This document shows, piece after piece, positions 1-8,473 of a stretch of 64,000 nt of DNA. The stretch is from a virus, in the IMG/VR virus record IMGVR_UViG_3300038393_000864, positions 1-64,000 of that record. One strand, given 5' to 3'. The notes under the pieces are model-generated. The model ran no database searches, had not been told where the DNA came from, and saw only the letters and a list, made by a program, of their open reading frames with translations. Each line of letters opens with the position of its first letter. Position 1 is the first letter of the stretch. The translations under genes and the position numbers were made by a program.

Positions 1-159
1 TGGCCCTCGGGAACTTTCCTCATATGGCAGAGGTTATCGAACAGCAATCCCTAGTTAGTCTAGTCAGATTTGTTGGTGCATAGCGGAGCCAAACACGCTA
101 AGCAAGTTCCAACAACATACTAGCACGGTTAAATAGAGACATCAAGGAGAAAATAAAAG

Positions 160-447
160 ATGAGTAACTTATACGGTGTTAGCGTTGTTTTGCCTGTGAA
201 ATCTAAGAACAAATTTTCAACTGCTGCAACTACTAAATTTTATCTTGTAGATGAGTCTGGTTCTGAGGTTCCTATTGAGCTGAAGGGTGTGACATCTTTC
301 AACATCCCTGAAACCGGAGCAAATGATATTCTTAGTGTAAGTATTAATCTGCCTCTGTTTGAGATTAAATATGATGTAGCTACAACGCCGGAAGAAATCG
401 CCCGTAAATTAGCAGAGTTCCGTAAAGATTCTGGTTGCAGTGCTTAG
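160..447 (+). CDS. hypothetical protein (95 aa)
   Basis: ATG ORF with upstream AAGGAGAAAATAAAAG. No recognisable motif. First ORF upstream of the terminase region. Confidence 0.55.
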   Translation: MSNLYGVSVVLPVKSKNKFSTAATTKFYLVDESGSEVPIELKGVTSFNIPETGANDILSVSINLPLFEIKYDVATTPEEIARKLAEFRKDSGCSA

Positions 448-632
448 TCGGACGGTCAAGAAGCCAACGTGGGCTGACCTATAAATACACGTACTGAACA
501 TTCCCAAGGGACTATGCTCCGCAGGGAATTATACCGGGGCTATCCTCGGTCTACAGGTTGAGGGTGGCTCTAAGGTCACTAAAGCTCGCAGGCATGGTTG
601 AGTGGCGCTGCGACACCGAATATTGGGAGGCT

Positions 633-660
633 GCACGGCAGGGATGCTGTGTGGCTTTTT
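633..660 (+). terminator. hairpin plus T-run (putative rho-independent terminator)
   Basis: GCACGGCA-GGGA-TGCTGTGT forms an 8-bp stem (two G.U pairs) with a GNRA loop, followed by GGCTTTTTGTTGTTTG. Confidence 0.45.
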
Positions 661-687
661 GTTGTTTGTGTTTGGAAGTGTTGAATG

Positions 688-716
688 TTGACAAGATTCT
701 TATCATGCGCTATAAT
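688..716 (+). promoter_or_regulatory. sigma70-type promoter P1 (TTGACA-17-TATAAT) with AAGATTCTTA spacer element
   Basis: TTGACA at 688-693, 17-nt spacer, TATAAT at 711-716. The extended -35 region is shared with promoters at 3146, 19934 and 62213. Confidence 0.7.
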
Positions 717-738
717 ATAATTTTTGGCGGAGGTAAGA

Positions 739-1470
739 ATGGGTAAAAGACAGGATTTGACGGGTCAAAAGTTTGGGAAGCTTACGGCTGTAGAAGAGGC
801 TGGTAAGAATTCTAAAGGTACTTGGCAATGGTTGTGGGCATGCGATTGCGGAGGTACTAAGATTGCCGTCCCTGCTATTGTAAAAAATGGAAATACATCA
901 AGTTGCGGTTGTATTCGCAGGGAAGTTTTAGAGCAGCGAAACACAACTCACGGTATGAGTAAAAATTCAGCTTACTCAAACTGGAAAGATATGTTCAAGC
1001 GTTGCTACAACCCAAATAACAAACGGTACAAAGATTATAACGAGCGTGGGATCGGCGTTGACGACCACTTCCGTCATTTTCCAAATTTTCTTGAGGAGAT
1101 TGGAGAGAAGCCAAATGATGGACAAGTTTGGTCTGTTGGGCGAATTAATAACAATCTTGGCTACCAGCCGGGGAACATTCGATGGGAAACTCTTGCAGAG
1201 CAAGCTAGAAATCATTCCATGCAGAAAAACAACACGAGTGGTATCGTAGGAGTAAAACGCCAAGTTCAGACCAACAAGCATGGGACTTATATCAGTTGGG
1301 TCGCACACTATCGAGACGAGAACGGCAAACCAGTCACTAAAACGTTCAGCGTTAAGAAATACGGCGAAGAAGGCGCCAAGCAACTTGCAATTGAGGCCCG
1401 AGAAGCAGGCTTAAGAAAGTTGAAAGAGCACGGCATTGTGTACGCGGAAAGCCACGGCTCTGAAAAATAA
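739..1470 (+). CDS. free-standing homing-endonuclease-like protein, AP2 DNA-binding domain plus Cys cluster and degenerate HNH-like segment
   Basis: GGAGG lies 5 nt before the ATG at 739; the track start at 724 is TTG. AP2-like SGIVGVKRQ..YISWVAHYRDENGKPVTKTF..AIEAREAG. CDCG..SCGC cluster. VGRINNNLGYQPGNIRWETLAEQARNH resembles the HNH_3 tail but lacks the DH. Confidence 0.75.
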   Translation: MGKRQDLTGQKFGKLTAVEEAGKNSKGTWQWLWACDCGGTKIAVPAIVKNGNTSSCGCIRREVLEQRNTTHGMSKNSAYSNWKDMFKRCYNPNNKRYKDYNERGIGVDDHFRHFPNFLEEIGEKPNDGQVWSVGRINNNLGYQPGNIRWETLAEQARNHSMQKNNTSGIVGVKRQVQTNKHGTYISWVAHYRDENGKPVTKTFSVKKYGEEGAKQLAIEAREAGLRKLKEHGIVYAESHGSEK

Positions 1471-1475
1471 GGAGC

Positions 1476-3137
1476 ATGATGAATAAGAAACAAAAGATAG
1501 TGTTGGGGCCGGATAGCCCCACACATAAAAAGTTCTTAGATTGCACAAGTGATTATGTAATCTTCGGTGGTAAATGAAAGCTGCCTCCGTAAAATCTCTC
1601 TAATTCAGGGAAACTCTCTAGTAGACAATCCTGAGCGAAGCCTATTAAATAGGAACGTGCAACGACTAGCCGAAAGGCGTAGGGCTAAGCGGCCCGAAAC
1701 GGGAGACTCCGAAAGGATGAAGATATAGTCTGAACATTACAGCGATGTAGTGCTGCCTCTGGCGGGCTAAGTCTAGCGAGCTTAGTTGAACAAATGGGCG
1801 CAGGATGCGGAAAATCCCACCAAGCACTTTTGAAGGTGCTGAAATATAAAGACGATCCAAATTTCAAATGTGTTTTTATTCGCGAAACGTCAACACAGCT
1901 TTCACAAGCAGGCGGCTTGTATCAAGAGGCTGAAAAGATGTGGAAGCAATTTGGTGCAAAGTTCAAGACACACCCTCAAATGACTGCTACATTCCCTAGC
2001 GGAGCGCAAGTACAGTTCAAGGTTTGCGGAGCAGATCGGGATATTTCCAACTACGATGGTGGGCAGTTCTCCCTCGTCGTATTTGACGAGGCTCAGAATC
2101 ACACCGACGTTCAAATTAGGTATCTTGAGTCTCGTATTCGCTCTGAGGCAAAAGGACCGCATCAATTAGTGGCGACCTGCAATCCCCGCCGCGACAGTCA
2201 TCTAATGCCTTTTGTGTCGTGGTACTTGGACCAAGAAACAGGTATTCCTATTCCAGAGCGCTCTGGCGTTGAGAGGTATTATGCCTCTTATTGTGGGACT
2301 ATGGTATTCGGAGACACAAAAGAAGAACTGATGCAGAAGTATCCGGGGATATCGCCACAGAGCTATACGTTTATTAGCGCCACTATTCGGGACAACCCGA
2401 GGATGAAAGTACTCAATCCGGGGTATGTTGCTCGCCTTGAAAACCTGAAGCGTGTCGAACGAGAGCGTCTGCTGCTTGGCTCATGGTTCGCTAAAGAAGA
2501 ATCTTCTGGATATTTCAAACGAGAGTGGGTTGAAATTATTAAGAAATCCCCCGCCGAAGTTACAGCAAGATTCCGAGGAATGGACTTAGCAAGTACATTG
2601 GCATCCGAAAGTAACCCAAACCCGGACTGGACTGCATCAGTGCGAATCTCACGAGATAAATTCGGCTATTACATTGTAGAGCATGTTGAACGTTATCGCA
2701 AGCTGACTCATGGTGTTCTTGATGAAATTACGAAGAGATACTACGCTGACAAAGAGGAGCTTGGCAGGTCTGTTCCTGTAATTATCCCTAAAGACCCCGG
2801 CGCCAGTGGGGCACAGGCTAACGCATTCTTTATCAAAACGCTTGTAGAGCAAGGTGTTGATGCAAAATCTGAGATGGTTTCAGGTCATGCAGGTAAACTG
2901 GCAAGGATGCAACCGTTTCTATCTCTTGCTGAAGCTGGGTGGGTTAAGGTCGTAGAGGGCGATTGGAACGAATTATTCTTCAACGAGCTTGAAGATTATA
3001 TAGACGGAAACAGAAATCAGAAGGACGACATTTTCGATGCTACCGCGACCGCCGCAAAAGGGGTGATGAAAAATAACACCATCCCCTCCTTCTCCATTCC
3101 AACATTCTCAGCCCCATCCCCAATCCCCTCTACATAG
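1476..3137 (+). CDS. terL: terminase large subunit, split by a group I intron (exon 1 1476-1571, exon 2 1797-3137)
   Basis: Exon 1 encodes MMNKKQKIVLGPDSPTHKKFLDCTSDYVIFGG and hits TGA one codon later. Exon 2 starts GAGCGKSHQALL. The two are in the same frame, and the join restores GxxxxGKS. Walker B-like LVVFDEA lies downstream. The start could be 1479. Confidence 0.85.
1572..1796 (+). mobile_element. ORF-less group I self-splicing intron (td-like, IA2-type core)
   Basis: CTCTCTAGTAGACAATCC, ACGACTAGCC, and GAAGATATAGTCTGAAC (P7 GACTA/TAGTC). GNRA-capped hairpins. 3' end TTGAACAAATG with a terminal G; the 5' splice site follows U. Length 225 nt. Confidence 0.85.
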
Positions 3138-3145
3138 CACTAATG

Positions 3146-3174
3146 TTGACAAGAATCTTACCCCGTGGTACTAT
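3146..3174 (+). promoter_or_regulatory. sigma70-type promoter P2 (TTGACA-17-TACTAT) with AAGAATCTTA spacer element
   Basis: TTGACA at 3146-3151, 17-nt spacer beginning AGAATCTTA, TACTAT at 3169-3174. Sits between terL and the portal gene. Confidence 0.65.
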
Positions 3175-3201
3175 TCGTTTTAGTAAATAAAAGGAGCACT
3201 A

Positions 3202-4695
3202 ATGGCGAAAAAGAAGCCTGAAGACAAGTCGGCTCTTAACGCCGATCAAGGTGCAGTGATTCCCCGTATGAGTTTGGCAGAGGTAGGTTTTACGAACCTC
3301 CGAGTGTCTAACGGTCTTATTATAGAAGACTGTAACGCTGCCTTCCGCTTCCCTGCATTCTTTCGCACGGTTGACGAAATGCGCAAGTCTGCAATTATCG
3401 CGTCAGCCCTAAACGCATACAAGATGCTGCTTTCCCGTGTAAAGTGGCATGTAGAAGCCCCAGTAGGAGCCACTGAAGAACAAAAAGCCCGCGCCAAGTT
3501 TGTTGAGTCCATTAAGGACGACATGGAAACTGGCTGGGAAGATTTTATTGGTGATGTCATTGAGTATCTTCCTTACGGGTACAGTATTCAAGAAAAAGTA
3601 TATCGTCGCCGTCTGCGCAAGAATGGTTCTCGCTACAACGATGGCCTAGTGGGCTTGCGCAAGATTGCACCACGTCCTCAACAATCCATCGCCCGTTGGG
3701 AATTCTCGGAAGATGGTCGTGACCTTCTGGCAGTGCACCAGTCTGTGCAAGCCCTTGAGCACAGTTACTTGTATCTCAGTCAAGCTACTGAAGACGGATA
3801 CATTCGTATTCCCCGAGACAAGTTCATGTTGTTCTCTGCCGATGCTACTCGTGGCAACCCTCTCGGTCATTCGATCTTGAAGGGAGTGTACGCGAGTTGG
3901 AAGCAGATGTCAATGCTTAAGGACCAAGAAATTCTTGGTATTGCTAAGGAGGCCGCAAGCCTTCCCCTTATTCGCATTCCTGCTAAGTTTATGTCTCCGG
4001 ATGCGGACGACAGCGAGAAAGCTGTGTATGAAGCAGCCAAGCAGATTCTTGAGAATGTTGCGAACGGTACTAGTAAAGGCATTGTATTCCCCACGTTCAT
4101 TGACCAAGACTCTAAGAAAGATATGTTTGACATCTCTTTGCTTGAGAAGAAGGGTTTGAACGGTGCCAACATCGATACAGTGATTCGTCGCTATCAGGAT
4201 GAAATTCTTTCTACGCTTGCTGTTGACATTCTTAAAGCTGGCAGCAATCCGGGTTCGTTCAGTTTGTCCGATGGTGACACTAACGTTCTTGCCCTTGCAA
4301 TGAGCCACAGGTTGAATGAGATTGCTGCTGTGCTGAATAATGATCTTATTCCGTCACTCTATAGGATGAACGGATGGATTGATGAGGTGCTACCTAAGTT
4401 TGTGCCTTCGGATATTAGCTCGGTGTCCATCGAAGAATTTTCCAAGGGTATCCAAAGGGCTGCTAGTACAGGCGTTCTTGAACTGGATCGTGAGGTTCTT
4501 AATAAGGTGCGTGTTGTTCTTGGCATTAGCCCGAAGCCTGAAGACGAGCCTGTTGACCACGAAGCTTTGACTACAAACGTTTCTAAATCTGGTGCTGGCA
4601 TGGAGCCGGGTACGACAGGAGATGGGACAAGTCGCATAGGTGGCAATTCTAGCGGGCAGGACAGGTCTACGAACAATTCAGAAAATAAAGGCTAA
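3202..4695 (+). CDS. portal protein
   Basis: 497-aa ORF directly after terL and before the prohead protease. AAGGAG SD. Size and position are typical of portal proteins. Confidence 0.8.
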   Translation: MAKKKPEDKSALNADQGAVIPRMSLAEVGFTNLRVSNGLIIEDCNAAFRFPAFFRTVDEMRKSAIIASALNAYKMLLSRVKWHVEAPVGATEEQKARAKFVESIKDDMETGWEDFIGDVIEYLPYGYSIQEKVYRRRLRKNGSRYNDGLVGLRKIAPRPQQSIARWEFSEDGRDLLAVHQSVQALEHSYLYLSQATEDGYIRIPRDKFMLFSADATRGNPLGHSILKGVYASWKQMSMLKDQEILGIAKEAASLPLIRIPAKFMSPDADDSEKAVYEAAKQILENVANGTSKGIVFPTFIDQDSKKDMFDISLLEKKGLNGANIDTVIRRYQDEILSTLAVDILKAGSNPGSFSLSDGDTNVLALAMSHRLNEIAAVLNNDLIPSLYRMNGWIDEVLPKFVPSDISSVSIEEFSKGIQRAASTGVLELDREVLNKVRVVLGISPKPEDEPVDHEALTTNVSKSGAGMEPGTTGDGTSRIGGNSSGQDRSTNNSENKG

Positions 4696-4703
4696 GAGGT
4701 TTT

Positions 4704-5540
4704 ATGGCGTTTGTGTATTGGATTAGGGCACCACACCACGTTGACATCTTCACAGAGGGTTATGTCGGTTTTACTAGTACTACTGTCGAAGACCGCATGA
4801 CTACTCATAAGTCGGACTCTGTGCGAGACAAGTGCAAGGACTACCCTATATATTGCGCCTTTCGCAAATATGGTGAATCGCTCGTCATTGAGACTGTTTT
4901 AGAGGGTGATAACGAGTACTGCCTTAATATTGAGTACAAGCTACGGCCTGAACCTAAGATCGGCTGGAATTTGCTATGTGGAGGTCAGCGTGGTTCCCTT
5001 GGGACAAAAGCCTCCATAGAGACTAGGCGAAAGCAGTCTGAATCTCGTAAAGGTGTTAAGAATCATTTCTATGGAAAAAGTCATTCCCAAGAATCAAAAG
5101 ATAAGATTTCTAAAGCAAAGGTGGGTAAGGTTTCTTGGTCTGAAGATCAGAGATTAGCGATGTCTGCAAAGCGTAAAGGAGTTAAGAAAAATCTTAGCGC
5201 GGAGACTCGTGCAAGAATGAGTGCAGCGTCCAGTGCACGGCGGCACACAGATGAATCGAAAAGAAAACAGTCTGAAGCTAAGATAGGGTTGTACTTGTGC
5301 TGGAATGGCCCAAAAGCTAACAAAGAGCTTTGGGCGTGTGCTGACAAAGCTTATGAATTTTTGCAGCAGCACCCTGATGCAGGAGAGCGTAAGCTGTCCG
5401 TTTTTGCTTGTGGTAAAGACTTTCAATGCAAAAAGCTTCTTGCTAAATTGCGGAGTGGTTGGAACCCCTCTGAAGACGAAAGCTGGCTTGCATTCAAAGC
5501 CAATTATGAAAAGGAAAGATATGGCACACAGCCTATTTAG
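4704..5540 (+). CDS. GIY-YIG homing endonuclease with NUMOD3-like repeats
   Basis: N-terminal VYWI..GYVGFTS..R..H core. Repeated basic K-S-H-S/E..K.K.S motifs (HFYGKSHSQESKDKISKAK etc). Wedged between portal and protease. Confidence 0.75.
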   Translation: MAFVYWIRAPHHVDIFTEGYVGFTSTTVEDRMTTHKSDSVRDKCKDYPIYCAFRKYGESLVIETVLEGDNEYCLNIEYKLRPEPKIGWNLLCGGQRGSLGTKASIETRRKQSESRKGVKNHFYGKSHSQESKDKISKAKVGKVSWSEDQRLAMSAKRKGVKKNLSAETRARMSAASSARRHTDESKRKQSEAKIGLYLCWNGPKANKELWACADKAYEFLQQHPDAGERKLSVFACGKDFQCKKLLAKLRSGWNPSEDESWLAFKANYEKERYGTQPI

Positions 5541-6363
5541 ATTTGCAGAGTCGTTGTACAATGTACCTCATTTGATTCAAGCAGAGGCGGCTACAGCGAT
5601 TCTTGACTATATTAACTACCGCAACTCGCCTGATTTTTCTTCTACGCTTGTTGTAAAAGACAAAGAACCTGCTGCTGCACAGAAGCTCGATAAAATCGGT
5701 GAAATTCAAGTCGATGGTGCACTGACGTACAAACCTGTAGTTGGCGCGTGCGGCGGAGTGACCGGAGTATCTTATCAAGGTATTCTGGATCAAGCGCAAA
5801 TGCTTATCGATGACGGCATTACCACTCTAATTACTGTTCACTCCAGTCCGGGGGGCCAAGCTTCACATTGCTTCTCGACTGCAAATGACCTTCGTGCAAT
5901 GTGTGACGAGGCAGGTGTTAAATGGTATGCATATATTGACACATTGTCAGCTTCTGCATCGCTTGCCCTGAATGTCGCTGCTGACGAGGTGATTATCCAT
6001 CCAGACGCCTCTACAGGCTCTGTCGGTTGTGTTGTGGCGTTGCTCGACAAGTCCAAAGCATTTGAAATGAATGGCATCAAGCCAATCTACATTTCAAGCA
6101 CTCCCGGTAAAACTCCATTCGCAGAGGATGGAAGTTTCTCTAAAGAGTTTTTGTCCGAAATGCAAGACGAAGTGACTCGACTTGGTAATCAATTTGCCAC
6201 CCATGTTAGTAACTACACCGGTGTCCCGGTTGATGACATTCTGGCGATGGATGCAAAAATGTTTCATGCAGAGGCTGCTCTGGAGGCAGGTTTGGTTAAT
6301 AAGATCATGGATCATAAACAGTTCTCGGCTTATGTTGCCGAACAACACAAAGGAAAACAGTAA
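5521..6363 (+). CDS. prohead protease, S49/ClpP-like
   Basis: ATG at 5521 follows AAGGAAAG. TVHSSPGGQASHCF..IDTLSASASLAL..STGSVG is an SppA/ClpP-type serine protease pattern. The track's N-terminal extension from 5305 overlaps the GIY-YIG gene. Confidence 0.8.
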   Translation: MAHSLFRFAESLYNVPHLIQAEAATAILDYINYRNSPDFSSTLVVKDKEPAAAQKLDKIGEIQVDGALTYKPVVGACGGVTGVSYQGILDQAQMLIDDGITTLITVHSSPGGQASHCFSTANDLRAMCDEAGVKWYAYIDTLSASASLALNVAADEVIIHPDASTGSVGCVVALLDKSKAFEMNGIKPIYISSTPGKTPFAEDGSFSKEFLSEMQDEVTRLGNQFATHVSNYTGVPVDDILAMDAKMFHAEAALEAGLVNKIMDHKQFSAYVAEQHKGKQ

Positions 6364-6893
6364 TGCTGAAGAACCTACAGAAATTTTTTAAACAGGAAGG
6401 GGTGCAAGTCGAAATGACTACTAACCAAACAAATGAACAATCGGCTCAAATTGAGCTTGCTGTCCACGAAGCTGTTGTCGCTGAATTGTCTGCACTGAAG
6501 GCTTCCTTCGCAGAACAAGCTGCTGAAATGGTTTCGATTAAAGATGCGCTGGAAAAAGCTAACGCTGCTCTGGCTGTTGTTGCAGAGGAAAAGGCCGCTA
6601 TTGAAGCTGCTGCCCTGCAAGCAAAAACGGATGCTCGCCGGACGAAGTTGCAAGAAATCGTTGGCGACGTAAAAGCAGAAGAACTAGTGACTGCTTTTGA
6701 AGGTCTGGACGATAAAGTTTTTGAAGCAATGGCAAATACGCTGTCGGCAAACATGGATCAGGAATCGCAATCTGCAATGTTTAACGAAAAAGGTGTAGAT
6801 GCTGAAGTCAAGGAGCCTGCTGAGGTTGATATGGTCACTCGGCTCGCCGCAAAAATTGAAGCACAGATCGCCAACAAAACTGCCGCGCAGTAA
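6363..6893 (+). CDS. scaffolding protein (putative)
   Basis: Ala/Glu/Lys-rich protein predicted to be helical, located between protease and capsid genes. An alternative start is ATG 6414. Confidence 0.65.
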   Translation: MLKNLQKFFKQEGVQVEMTTNQTNEQSAQIELAVHEAVVAELSALKASFAEQAAEMVSIKDALEKANAALAVVAEEKAAIEAAALQAKTDARRTKLQEIVGDVKAEELVTAFEGLDDKVFEAMANTLSANMDQESQSAMFNEKGVDAEVKEPAEVDMVTRLAAKIEAQIANKTAAQ

Positions 6894-6928
6894 AACTACT
6901 ATTCAATATTGAAAGAAAAGGAAACAAA

Positions 6929-7345
6929 ATGCCTGTAATCGCAACTGATACCCAGCGCTACTCTAATGTTGTCAAGCGTGAGTTTGGCGCAGAGTATGGC
7001 TACTGCAAACAAATCGTCACCGTCAATGGCCCTGCTGCAACTCTGCCGATTGGCACGGTCCTTGGTAAAGTCACCGCAACTGGTAAATACAAAGTCTGCG
7101 AAGCTTCGGCTGCTGACGGCTCGCAAGTGGCTGTAGCTGTCATTGTTGGTGACGCAATGGGCCACCCGATGCCGACCGTGATGGCAGCTACCACTGATAC
7201 GAAATTCCTTGTTTTGTATCGCGGCCCAGTTGCTGTCTCGGACAAGTCGCTGACTTTTGGTGCAAGTGTTACTGCTGGTGCTCTGACTACCGCTGCTTAC
7301 GCTCAACTGGCTGCTGTCGGCATCGACGTGCTGACCACGATCTAA
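6929..7345 (+). CDS. head decoration protein (DUF2190-like)
   Basis: 138-aa Gly/Ala/Val-rich protein immediately upstream of the major capsid gene. Strong codon bias. Confidence 0.65.
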   Translation: MPVIATDTQRYSNVVKREFGAEYGYCKQIVTVNGPAATLPIGTVLGKVTATGKYKVCEASAADGSQVAVAVIVGDAMGHPMPTVMAATTDTKFLVLYRGPVAVSDKSLTFGASVTAGALTTAAYAQLAAVGIDVLTTI

Positions 7346-7375
7346 TAGTTTATAACAAGTTTAAAGGAAATAACA

Positions 7376-8407
7376 ATGCTGATTCGCAGCCCTCTGAATA
7401 ACTACGAAGTAGTTGACCTTACCGCAGCAATTCGCAACCTGCCGATTCAATTTGGCACGTTTAACCAAATGGGTATCTTCACCGAAGAAGGTGTTGCCGC
7501 TGATACGGTGATGTTTGAAGAATCGACCGTTGACGGCGCACTGGTTGTTGACCGTGTTCGTGGTGAGAAAAACACCGTGAGCAAAGATGGCACCCGCAAG
7601 CTGCACACCTTTGCTGTTCCGCACTTCCCGCTGGATGATCATATTTCGCCGAAAGACCTGCAAGCCAAATCGGCTTATGACAACTTCAACGAAGTGGAAC
7701 AACTGGATGCAGTGCGCACCCGCAAACTGCTGCGCATGCGTCAAAACCATGACTGGACGCTGAACGCTGCTCGCGCACAAGCTCTGTTCCAAGGTACGGC
7801 ATATGCTCCGAACGGCACCGTTGTGCAAGATTGGAACGCTGAGTTTGGCGTTACCCGTACGGCAGTTGATTTCGCTCTCGGTACGGCAGGCACTGAAGTT
7901 CTGGCTAAGATCGAACTGGTAATTCAAGCGGTTCAAGACGGTATGGGTGGCAACGGTATCTTTACCGGCATCGTCATCCCGTGCGATACGGGCTTCTTCA
8001 ATAAGCTGATTACCCACGCTTCGGTTAAAGCCGCTTACACCTATTATGTTGCTAACGTCGGTATGGACCCGATGCGTGGCCGTCTGTCGCAAGGTGGCTC
8101 GCCGATGCAAGTTGGTCGTGAGTTTACGTGGGGTGGTGTCACCTTCCGTGAAGTTCGTGACTCGTACAACGGTACGAAGCTTACCGTTGCAAACGAAGGT
8201 GTCGCAGTTCCACAAGGTTCGGACATGTTCCGTACGTATTTCGCCCCGGCAGAACGCTTCGGTCTGGTGAACACTCAAGGCGAGAAGATGTACGCATTTG
8301 AGCAAGCTGCTCCGAACGGTACGAAGATCGATATCGAAACCGAATCGAACCATATCTCGGCACTGCTGCGTCCGCAAGCTGTCGTGCGCTGCTACTCCAA
8401 CAACTAA
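7376..8407 (+). CDS. major capsid protein (lambda gpE-like family)
   Basis: 343 aa. The N-terminal pattern ..LTAAIRNLPIQFGTFNQMGIFTEEGV.. is typical of the phage capsid E family. Strong codon bias, followed by a terminator. Confidence 0.88.
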   Translation: MLIRSPLNNYEVVDLTAAIRNLPIQFGTFNQMGIFTEEGVAADTVMFEESTVDGALVVDRVRGEKNTVSKDGTRKLHTFAVPHFPLDDHISPKDLQAKSAYDNFNEVEQLDAVRTRKLLRMRQNHDWTLNAARAQALFQGTAYAPNGTVVQDWNAEFGVTRTAVDFALGTAGTEVLAKIELVIQAVQDGMGGNGIFTGIVIPCDTGFFNKLITHASVKAAYTYYVANVGMDPMRGRLSQGGSPMQVGREFTWGGVTFREVRDSYNGTKLTVANEGVAVPQGSDMFRTYFAPAERFGLVNTQGEKMYAFEQAAPNGTKIDIETESNHISALLRPQAVVRCYSNN

Positions 8408-8426
8408 TTTAGTTGTCTGATTGAAG

Positions 8427-8451
8427 CGCCTTCTAACGAGGGCGTTTTGTT
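8427..8451 (+). terminator. rho-independent terminator after the capsid gene
   Basis: CGCCTTC-TAAC-GAGGGCG stem-loop followed by TTTTGTT. Confidence 0.7.
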
Positions 8452-8473
8452 AAGATTACTAAAAGGAGCAGAC

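Noticed and set aside
558-746. 62-aa plus-strand ORF in the spacer before the endonuclease gene
   Set aside because: It starts with a non-ATG codon and runs straight through a terminator hairpin and the P1 promoter. It has no SD.
5305-5520. N-terminal extension of the protease ORF (track start 5305)
   Set aside because: The extension overlaps the GIY-YIG gene in another frame. A proper SD plus ATG at 5521 gives a normal-length S49-type protease.
7361-8377. 338-aa ORF on the minus strand spanning the whole major capsid gene
   Set aside because: It is an antisense shadow of a strongly codon-biased gene. It has no SD, an Arg/Val/Cys-rich nonsense composition, and the plus-strand product has a clear capsid-family pattern.
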